Source of the DNA: Candidatus Moanibacter sp. | GTDB lineage: Bacteria > Verrucomicrobiota > Verrucomicrobiia > Opitutales > UBA2987 | Direction of reading: 5' to 3' | Length of the DNA stretch: 44,702 nucleotides | Assembly (NCBI GenBank): GCA_965215885.1 | Contig: CBDCEW010000051.1 | Coordinates: 1 to 44,702, forward strand | Shown: in pieces, positions 37,254-44,702 of the stretch | Position numbering within the stretch: the first letter of the stretch is position 1 | Layout: each line of letters begins with the position of its first letter | Made by a program: the position numbers and the translations under genes | The notes under the pieces: model-generated | What the model saw: the letters and a program-made list of their open reading frames with translations, nothing else | What the model was told of the DNA's origin: nothing | Databases searched by the model: none

Positions 37254-38858
37254 ATGTACACGCACACACGCTCAGTTAGAGATAAAGTTTTCGAAGTCTG
37301 GCGGCCGCCGGGGAAGTTCACGAAGAATCCGGATTTGATACAGCTGCCGTCGGGGCGACTGCTCTTCGTCTACAGCGAAACGGACGCCCATTGGGCGCAA
37401 TTTAGCGAGGTTCTTACCCTGGTTGCGAGCGACGACGGAGGAAAGAGCTGGTACAAGTTCAAGGAGGTCGCGCGGGCGGAGCAACCGCGCGACGAGAGGC
37501 TTGTGACGCCTCGCCTCAGCCGACTGAACGACGGCCGTCTGGTGGTGCTCTGTGATCATGACGACTTCACTCATTTTCACGAAAAGCAGACGAGCGGCAA
37601 TTGGGCCTGGTGGAGTGAGGACAACGGGGAGACCTGGTCCGAACACCAGGTTACAGGAATCCTGGGCTTCGAACCGGATCGGATGTTGGATCTTCCCGAT
37701 GGGACTTTAGGGGTGGCGTCCCATATTATGCTTGGGGAATCGCAGGAATTCGCGGACATTCTCACGGTATCTGAGGATGGTGGGAAGAGCTGGAGGCAGC
37801 GGTCGATCATCGCTCTTGACGGCTACCATCGGTTTTGCGAAGGGGCCTTGGTTGTAATGCACGGAGGAAAGCGCCTGGCCTGCGTTTTGCGGGAAAATCA
37901 CTCGGCGGGAATTCCCTCGTTTGTCACTTTTTCGGACGACTGCGGGCACACCTGGAGCGAGGCGCAAAAATGCCCATTTGCCATCCACCGGCCCTACGCG
38001 AAGCAATTGAACGACGGTAGAGTCCTGGTGACCGGGCGCCACGTGAATGGCGGACTCGGAACCTACGGTTGGGTAGGGGATCTCGAGGCGGAGGCGGGCG
38101 TTCATGCGATCGGCGGACCGCGCCGGAAATTTCGCGCCAAGCTGGGCGATGGTTTGTTGACAATCGAGAACGCGCCGGAACACGAATGCCGCTATACCTT
38201 GCTGCCTCCCGAATCTTCGCGCAGCGAAGTGGATTTTGAAGCCACTTTGAGCGTGGAAGGCCCTTCAGACGAAGCCGCCGCCTTTATCTCTGTGAGTGTT
38301 CTGCAACCACGGGGGGGGAACGGGGTGCTGCGGATCGCACCGAATTGGATTACGATCGGTTCGGACCGGCCCGATAGGAGGATCGCGATCGATATGACGC
38401 GCGAGCGCACAGTCGCCATCAAACACAGGAACGGACTGCAGGAGGCGCAGGTGGATGGGAGGACTCTGGTATACGGATGTGTCTTTCACGGGGGGCTGCC
38501 CCTTCCCGACTTCTACGGTGGCGATCCGGAACGGCGGACCCAGTTCGGCCAGTATGGGGATTCTGGATTGAGCCGGTGGAAGAACGTTTCTTACTCGCTC
38601 AAGAATCCGAATCTATCGGATTACTCCTGGTCCTGGGATGCCTCTTCGGGGGATTGGCCGGACCAGTATCAGCGGGACCGGCTGATCCAGATCCACGCCA
38701 ATCATCCGGACCAAAAACCGAACCCCGATCATGGCTACTCCTCGTGGGTGATTCTCGACGATGGGCGTATCATGTTTGTCGACTACACGACTTATGGGGA
38801 CCCGCCGGGTAAAAGCCATGTTGTCGGAGTCTTTCTGGAGCCGGAAGATCTGGTCTAA
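37254..38858 (+). CDS. BNR/Asp-box (sialidase-family) protein with inserted beta-sandwich domain
   Basis: Asp boxes SDDGGKSW, SEDNGETW, SEDGGKSW, SDDCGHTW; C-terminal DHGYSSW; no signal peptide and no FRIP motif. Confidence 0.82.
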   Translation: MYTHTRSVRDKVFEVWRPPGKFTKNPDLIQLPSGRLLFVYSETDAHWAQFSEVLTLVASDDGGKSWYKFKEVARAEQPRDERLVTPRLSRLNDGRLVVLCDHDDFTHFHEKQTSGNWAWWSEDNGETWSEHQVTGILGFEPDRMLDLPDGTLGVASHIMLGESQEFADILTVSEDGGKSWRQRSIIALDGYHRFCEGALVVMHGGKRLACVLRENHSAGIPSFVTFSDDCGHTWSEAQKCPFAIHRPYAKQLNDGRVLVTGRHVNGGLGTYGWVGDLEAEAGVHAIGGPRRKFRAKLGDGLLTIENAPEHECRYTLLPPESSRSEVDFEATLSVEGPSDEAAAFISVSVLQPRGGNGVLRIAPNWITIGSDRPDRRIAIDMTRERTVAIKHRNGLQEAQVDGRTLVYGCVFHGGLPLPDFYGGDPERRTQFGQYGDSGLSRWKNVSYSLKNPNLSDYSWSWDASSGDWPDQYQRDRLIQIHANHPDQKPNPDHGYSSWVILDDGRIMFVDYTTYGDPPGKSHVVGVFLEPEDLV

Positions 38859-39082
38859 CGGCCTGTCGGACTTAGAATGAAAAGATGAGAACGTCGAAGC
38901 AACGAGTCGCTAAAATATTCGAACCCTGTCATTGCGAGGAAGAATGACGAAGCAATCCAGGTTTTCGCGCCTTCATAACCGTGGATTGCCAGTCTGCCGT
39001 ACGGCAGACCTCGCAATGACAGGTGAGTGGTTGAGCAGAATCACTTGGAACGGTCCCATCGAAAGCAAAGTCCGACAGGCTG
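38859..39082. mobile_element. MITE (family B, GCCTGTCGGACTT ends), 224 bp, with CTAA target duplication
   Basis: CGGCCTGTCGGACTT (38859-38873) versus AAGTCCGACAGGCTG (39068-39082), 14/15 inverted match. CTAA on both sides (38855-38858 and 39083-39086). Confidence 0.78.
38925..39023. repeat. Complete GTCATTGCGAG palindromic (REP-like) repeat, nested in the MITE
   Basis: CCTGTCATTGCGAGG...GCAATCCA...TGGATTGC...CCTCGCAATGACAGG, with internal hairpin GTCTGCCGTACGGCAGAC. Confidence 0.88.
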
Positions 39083-39137
39083 CTAACCCGAAAATCTCAC
39101 TACCGAGCGCAGCGACATTGATTGGAATTGATTAGAG

Positions 39138-40400
39138 ATGACGGAGAATAGAGCTATGAGAGAAGATGCAATAATTGCGGAAAAAGTAGTAGTCGCTGGC
39201 AGGGATGTTTTTTTGAAAAATCCGCCGGCGCCGCTACGGTTGTCCGAGGAACTTGGTCTTTTGATGGATGAGCGAATAAGCGGCCAATTGGTCCATCAGA
39301 CCGCGGCGCCCGAGGTGCCTTTGTATGAGACCCGCGCAACAAAGACGCCCGGAGGTGATTACCTCCTGATGTTTCCGGATGGCGGGCACTACGGGGGTGC
39401 CGATCGCAAGATCAACGAGATACTTGCCTATCGGTCCAGCGACAGTGGCGAGACCTGGGAAGGTCCGACCCATCCGTTCGATATCGACTATAACCAGCAC
39501 GGATTCATACCCTTTATCCCTCGCGGAGCCAACCGCATCTATGCCTTCGGCACGCAGCCGATCTGGGGAAATTACTCGCGTGACAACGGCCTGCAGGAAA
39601 ATGCACCCATCGGCTATCGCTTCTCGGATGACGACGGAGTTACCTGGTCGGAGGTCAGACTCATATCACCGATCAACGATCCCGGTTTTCTCGGCATGTC
39701 GGTGATGCGCATGTGCGAGACCGAAAACGGGGTCTGGTTACTCGGGTCACACGAGGCGGACTGGTCCTACAAGCCACTCATTACTCGTCAGTATATCCTG
39801 CGGTCGGAGGATCGGGGAGAGTCCTGGGAGTTACTTCCAGGAAAACGACACAGTGGCTGGCACTGTCCCGGATTCGGCCGTATGGATGAAGGGCGCCCGA
39901 TCGATCTTGGTGGCGGCCGCGTCCTCCTCATGGCACGCACGCCGGAGGGACACTTGTGGGCTTTGCGCAGCGAGGACGACGGTAAGACCTGGAGCGATCC
40001 CGAACCCACTCCGCTCATCCATCCGGACGCCCCGCCGATGCTCTTTAATCTGTCCGACGGCCAAACCCTTGCCGCCTTTCACCACAACCGGCACCATGAT
40101 TTGAACTACACGGGGCTCTCGTCGAAAAAGCCGGAGATGATGATGGATCGTTCGGAGATCTGGGTTTCGCTTTCCACCGACGGTGGCACGACCTGGAGCG
40201 AACCGCGTTTTCTCTTCGTCAACGCGCTCGAGGAATATTTCGACTCGGCGTTCCGCAATTACCAGTGCTCCTACATGGACGGGTTTGTTGATGAGGGCGT
40301 CATGAACCTTTTCGTTCCCCATCGGTGGCGGCGGGTGCTGCATCTGCAGATCGCGGAGAGTGATTTAGCCACTCTTGCGACGGCGAGTGAGCTTGGTTGA
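39138..40400 (+). CDS. BNR/Asp-box (sialidase-family) protein
   Basis: Five Asp boxes (SSDSGETW, SDDDGVTW, SEDRGESW, SEDDGKTW, STDGGTTW); MDEG..LMART, DRSE, CSY; no signal peptide. Confidence 0.85.
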   Translation: MTENRAMREDAIIAEKVVVAGRDVFLKNPPAPLRLSEELGLLMDERISGQLVHQTAAPEVPLYETRATKTPGGDYLLMFPDGGHYGGADRKINEILAYRSSDSGETWEGPTHPFDIDYNQHGFIPFIPRGANRIYAFGTQPIWGNYSRDNGLQENAPIGYRFSDDDGVTWSEVRLISPINDPGFLGMSVMRMCETENGVWLLGSHEADWSYKPLITRQYILRSEDRGESWELLPGKRHSGWHCPGFGRMDEGRPIDLGGGRVLLMARTPEGHLWALRSEDDGKTWSDPEPTPLIHPDAPPMLFNLSDGQTLAAFHHNRHHDLNYTGLSSKKPEMMMDRSEIWVSLSTDGGTTWSEPRFLFVNALEEYFDSAFRNYQCSYMDGFVDEGVMNLFVPHRWRRVLHLQIAESDLATLATASELG

Positions 40401-40646
40401 GATTGGGATAGGAAGCGCCGTTAGTGGAGGAGACGAGCAGGAATTCCGCCAAGTCTGGAATCGTGTAGTCCCGGCGAGCAAGGAGGTGCTTTTAAATAGT
40501 CTCGTTTTCGAATTGAACAACTATGGTCGGCCCGCTAACTTTCTCCCATGTTGATGTTTCATTTTGATCGCGCTCTCGGCGCGCTTACGCTCGCCAGTTC
40601 GACGGTCTCAACACCTCGGTTCAAACTTGATTGAGACCTTTGACGG

Positions 40647-40728
40647 CGAAGTGGGACAGGCTTCCAGCCTGTCAAAAGTCGTGACAGTTACCCGTGCTTT
40701 ACACAGGCTGGAAGCCCGTCCCACTTCG
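40647..40728. repeat. GTGG-type REP doublet (REPIN)
   Basis: CGAAGTGGGACAGGCTTCCAGCCTGT (40647-40672) is inverted to ACAGGCTGGAAGCCCGTCCCACTTCG (40703-40728), 25/26 match, with a 30-bp spacer. Confidence 0.88.
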
Positions 40729-40802
40729 AATGATCCTACGAAAAGTGTAAGTTTGGAATTGAGAGGGGATACGGATGAAATAGGCGAGAAGCTGCGTGGC
40801 TG

Positions 40803-41826
40803 ATGAGGACGAAGATGAATAAAGCAGATCGAAATGATCAATGCGGTATCCGATTAAGTGAAGTTGAAGTGAAGCGGTTCCACGAGACCGGTTACCTGGG
40901 ACCATTTTCGGCGGTCAGCGAGGAGGAGATGAGCATCATCAGCGAACGTTTGGACCGTGAAGTCTTAACAACCCCCGGCCCCTCACAGGGCAATTCGAAG
41001 TCGATGCGGCATCTGGACCAGAAGATGGTCTATGACCTCGTTACTAAACCGGCGATCGTCGGCCGCGTCCAGTCTATCCTGGGTTCCCAAACCTGCTGTT
41101 GTGGGCATGCACTTTCTGAAGCGGTTCCACGAGACCGGTTACCTGGGACCATTTTCGGCGGTCAGCGAGGAGGAGATGAGCATCATCAGCGAACGTTTGG
41201 ACCGTGAAGTCTTAACAACCCCCGGCCCCTCACAGGGCAATTCGAAGTCGATGCGGCATCTGGACCAGAAGATGGTCTATGACCTCGTTACTAAACCGGC
41301 GATCGTCGGCCGCGTCCAGTCTATCCTGGGCCCAAACCTGCTGTTGTGGGCATGCACTTTCTGGCTCAAGGATCCTGGAGGTAAGGAAGTGCCTTGGCAC
41401 CAGGATATGAACTACTGGCCGATCGAACCGATCATCAACGTTACAGCGTGGATTGCCGTCGACGAAGTTACAGAAGAAAATGCATGCCTGCAGGTGATAC
41501 CGGGTTCTCACCGAGCGGTTGTGCCGCATGTCGCGGCACCCGAGGGCAAATGGTTTGACGAAGAGGCGGACCCCGACAAGGTAGATTCGTCCATGGCCGT
41601 CAAACTGACCCTCAAACCGGGTCAGTTTGTGCTCTTCAACGAACGGACGCTGCATCACTCAGAGGCTAATGCCTCAGATACGCGCCGCTTCGCCATGGGT
41701 CCCCGGTTCACGATCCCCATCGTCCGAATCGACCACGATAAACTTTTTCCGGGGCATGCCGCTATACTCGTTTCGGGTGAAGACATCATGGGATTCAACC
41801 GCCTGGCGCTACCGCCGAGGGAGTAG
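40803..41826 (+). pseudogene. Phytanoyl-CoA dioxygenase (PhyH) family Fe(II)/2OG oxygenase, split by an internal ~245-bp tandem duplication
   Basis: RFHETGYLGPF, VPWHQD (HxD), TAWIAVD, CLQVIPGSH, TLHHS, RRFA. Removing 40870-41116 gives one clean 258-aa ORF. Confidence 0.88.
40870..41361 (+). repeat. Tandem duplication (247 bp + 245 bp)
   Basis: 40870-41116 and 41117-41361 are identical apart from two extra T in copy 1 (GGGTTCCC versus GGGCCC); TG microhomology at the junction. Confidence 0.95.
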
Positions 41827-41835
41827 CATAGCCTA

Positions 41836-43752
41836 GACCCCATTCGAAAAGCCTTTCGAGCGGGCGGTTTAAGGTTCTCCGCCACGGGCGGACCAGCCTA
41901 TGGCTGGCAGGTTTCGGGTTTTAGGCTGCCGGCGCTGCCGATGAGCAGGTATTGAGCGGCCATCGGCGTGGCTTGCTGCACAATACGTATATTTGCCGCT
42001 GTCTGGAGGCATACTCATCCCGTGGTGCTTTTTTCTCTGAGCTTCAAAGCGGTCAGATTCAGGCTGCCTGTTCCAGTTCCTCCCCTCGGCGTTTCTTCAT
42101 CAGTATGATGCGGCAGAAGTTGTAGGCCAGAACCTTCTCGAGCAGTTCATCGCCTACCGCATCGATGCCGCGGCGGCCGAGTTCGCCAAAGGCAAATCCA
42201 TCTTTAATCGTGAACATCAGCGACTCCACTGCGGAGCGATCGCGGCGTGCCTCGCGATACGCCTCGCTCTCCCAGTCCTCGGGGGTGGTCAACTTCTTGC
42301 CCTTCGCCCCACTGATACTGATCTGCTTTACCCCCATGCCCAGCACCTCCTTGCGTCCCTTCGCCGAAGCATATCCGTCATCGGTGCTGACCAGTTCAGC
42401 AATGACACCGGTGCGCTTGATCGAATCGCCGATGGCCGGCGCCAGCTCAATGGAGTCTGCCGCGTTGCCTTGCGGTACGATCAGGCTGGTGACAAAACCG
42501 TTTTCGCTGCGAACCAGTTGTGGCTTGTACCCGATCACTGGATTGCGGCTGCCCTTCTTGATGTAGGCCGCCGATCCGTCCGAGAGGCTCAGGACCTTCT
42601 GTGTGGACGGTAGCTTCTTTTCGTGAAACACCCGATCATGAGCATACTCAACAACCCGCTTGGCGTCGGCAATATCGCCCCTGATCTGGCTCAATGCCCG
42701 CTCCAGAAGCTCCCGGCGAGTGGGAGGCAGTGAATCCATCGACAGGCCCTCTTCAAGATGGCTCAGTTCCCCCGTTAGTGAGTCGGCCGCCTTGCGGCCC
42801 CGCTTGAGCAACCGCCGGTAGTGTTTCTTCAGCTTGCCCTTCGACTTCGGTTTGCCCGCGGCCAGACAAATCTGAAACTCCAGCTTGTCCATTTCCTCCA
42901 GCCAACGCCCAACCCATCCCTTGCGAAAATCCTCCAGCCCGAAGACATGCAACTTCTGACCCAAACGATTGGCCCGCATCAAAAGACCGCTCAGAATCTT
43001 CCCATCGGTGGGCCAGCAGCTGTTTGCTTTCACCGAGGTGCTGTCGATCGTCAGCTTCCCGAAATCGTCCCATTGCTCCTGGAGGATAAACCCAATCTGT
43101 TTATCAAAGATCAACTCGCGGGTCGTATGGCTGACCAGGTTCACGTTCTCCAGAATCGTCGTCACCGCCGGCATTCTCAGTCCCCCGCTCTGCAAAAATC
43201 CGTACAAGCTCATCGACTCGCGCACAAACCGCCGTGCCGGTTTCGTGGTCAACGAACCCAGAAACCCTCGAATCATCACGAACACGTATACCGCATAAGC
43301 CGGCATCCGCGGCCGGCCTGCCCCAAGATTCAATTCAGCAGCCAGAATATTCTCCTCCTCGATGTCCAGCTCCGGCAGCTCCGCTGTGCGCCCTTCAAAG
43401 AACCTGCGATCTTCCAATCGAAGTTTCTTCTTCTCACGCGCATGGGCGTCCAGATCCTTCTCGATCGCCTCGATGATTTGCGCCGCGAACCCGGCCAATT
43501 CTTCAACTTCATCCAGAAAATCACGGAAATCCGTGTCTGGAACCGGCAGAATGAGGTTGCTAAGGGGCGTCTTATCGCTTTTGTTCTCCTCTGTCGCACA
43601 TGTTGGCATGTTTAACTCCTTTCTTAATCTTAGGTTGTTAAACACTAGCATGTTGCGACACTTTTTATCAAGCCACAAAATGATTTTTCTCAAGTTTTTC
43701 TTGCGCCTTTTGCGCCTCTTTGCGGCCAATCAGTAGCTTTTCGGATAAGGTC
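41836..43752 (-). mobile_element. IS5/ISNCY-like insertion sequence, copy 2, complete (1917 bp)
   Basis: TIRs GACCCCATTCGAAAAGC and GACCTTATCCGAAAAGC (14/17); AGCCTA duplicated at 41830-41835 and 43753-43758. Confidence 0.93.
42059..43609 (-). CDS. DDE transposase (IS5/ISNCY-like), 516 aa
   Basis: Same protein as 23575-25125 except VLGMG versus VLSMG. Confidence 0.9.
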   Translation of the reverse strand: MPTCATEENKSDKTPLSNLILPVPDTDFRDFLDEVEELAGFAAQIIEAIEKDLDAHAREKKKLRLEDRRFFEGRTAELPELDIEEENILAAELNLGAGRPRMPAYAVYVFVMIRGFLGSLTTKPARRFVRESMSLYGFLQSGGLRMPAVTTILENVNLVSHTTRELIFDKQIGFILQEQWDDFGKLTIDSTSVKANSCWPTDGKILSGLLMRANRLGQKLHVFGLEDFRKGWVGRWLEEMDKLEFQICLAAGKPKSKGKLKKHYRRLLKRGRKAADSLTGELSHLEEGLSMDSLPPTRRELLERALSQIRGDIADAKRVVEYAHDRVFHEKKLPSTQKVLSLSDGSAAYIKKGSRNPVIGYKPQLVRSENGFVTSLIVPQGNAADSIELAPAIGDSIKRTGVIAELVSTDDGYASAKGRKEVLGMGVKQISISGAKGKKLTTPEDWESEAYREARRDRSAVESLMFTIKDGFAFGELGRRGIDAVGDELLEKVLAYNFCRIILMKKRRGEELEQAA

Positions 43753-43948
43753 AGCCTAGAGCAGCAGAGCTGCAATTAAAAGTGGGGAGGGGGGAGGGGG
43801 GGGAGAAACGGAGACGCGGAGAGAAATGGTCAGTTTCTACAGGCGCAACATTAAATTCCTTCTCCTTGGAAAAGGCACGATTGAGCTGAATCATGATTCA
43901 GCTGAACAATCCCACGTTCTTGTCCCGCCGAGCGCATACGCGTAAACC

Positions 43949-44149
43949 TTATTTTCGCAACTTAGTCAGATTCAAAGACTTGCGAGGTATTTTGCGGCGG
44001 AGTATGAGGGTGTCTCTATCCTCGAGGTTCCACTCCATTTGTTCGCCCTTTTCTATTTGCTTCGTTTCGACCACAGCGGTGAGGAAATTCGCAGTTGAGC
44101 GAGTGCATTTTGGCCGGGTTATCTTCTCTACTTTTACCGTCTACCCCAT
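43949..44149 (-). pseudogene. Small AbrB-like ORF with a stop at codon 3
   Basis: Manual translation: MG*TVKVEKITRPKCTRSTANFLTAVVETKQIEKGEQMEWNLEDRDTLILRRK. The IEKGE..EW..ED..TLILRR pattern is AbrB-like. Confidence 0.45.
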
Positions 44150-44212
44150 TTTTTTTCACTTTGGCAGCATTTTATACTGTACATTCGTTCATATATAGGA
44201 TTTATCCTTCGG

Positions 44213-44702
44213 ATGCAAAGTATAAAAAAAGCTGATTGTATCCGTCAAACCTTCCGTAAGTTGAACCTCACAGCCCTCGCTAAACAGAGTGGTTTTAGAG
44301 AGAGGAAATCGCGCAAGATCTCCCCTCTGAACTTTGTTTTGGCTTTGCTGGCGATGGCTTCTAAGGGGGCCTTGTCCCTTGGCAAAGAAGCCGAGCTTAT
44401 TGGATTCTTAGCCAACCGCACCATTTCCAGACAAGCGGTCCAAAAGTGCGCCAAAAAAGCCACCGCTTTTATGACCTTAGTGCTCCTGAGGCTTTTAGAA
44501 CTTAAAGCTTATGGGCCTGTGGGCAGAGCTGTTCCAAATTGCATGAGGAGCTTTGAACGGGTTCTCATTGCCGACAGCACTTCGATTGGCTTGCCTAAGG
44601 TCCCTGGCCCCCTTCTTCCCCGGAGCGTCCAATCAGACAGGCTCCAAACAGGCTCAACTGAAGATTCAGGCCTATTACGATCTGCGCAATGAATCCTTCG
44701 TT
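44213..44702 (+). pseudogene. IS4-family transposase, 5' part (runs off the window; +1 frameshift at ~44600)
   Basis: LAKQSGFRERKSRKISP, ISRQAVQK, FERVLIADSTSIGLP. Removing one G gives LPKSLAPFFPGASNQTG...AQLKIQAYYDL. Confidence 0.85.

Noticed and set aside
23384..43752. Composite transposon formed by the two IS copies
   Set aside because: Copy 2 has its own AGCCTA duplication on both sides, and copy 1 sits at a different target (TAGCTT) inside another element. These are independent insertions.
43784..43803. G-run tract (G4-A-G6-A-G8) as a G-quadruplex or phase-variation site
   Set aside because: Intergenic, next to an IS end, with no linked gene or promoter; homopolymer length is unreliable.

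Overview
The window has two very different halves. Bases 1-18.9 kb hold an intact, co-oriented dcw (division/cell-wall) operon: mraZ-(small ORF)-rsmH-ftsL-ftsI-murE-murF-mraY-murD-LysM lipoprotein-ftsW-murG-murC/murB fusion-ftsQ-ftsA-ftsZ, with no ddl. This layout suggests Verrucomicrobiota, probably Opitutales (inference). Bases 19-44.7 kb are accessory DNA with a PLP aminotransferase, a decayed HEPN/MNT pair and a vapBC module. They also carry glycan-use genes: a Kelch-SSS symporter fusion, two cytoplasmic Asp-box sialidase-like proteins, a GH-like propeller, a solute-binding protein, a DUF6772/DUF6385-like pair and a PhyH dioxygenase. Mobile DNA is dense here. I could delimit from sequence alone a poorly characterised large-transposase IS (21088-25563; 19-bp imperfect TIRs, 3-bp GCT duplication) inserted in the loop of a REP-like palindrome. 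It is itself interrupted by one of two near-identical copies of a 1917-bp IS5/ISNCY-like element (17-bp TIRs, 6-bp duplication). A RAYT remnant absent from the ORF track sits with two GTAG-REP clusters that bracket vapBC, and at least two MITE families sit on CTAG/CTAA stop codons. Two 217-247 bp duplications and several 1-nt frameshifts occur only in the accessory half and may be partly assembly artefacts. No rRNA, tRNA or CRISPR array was seen. Family names come from motif recognition, not database searches.
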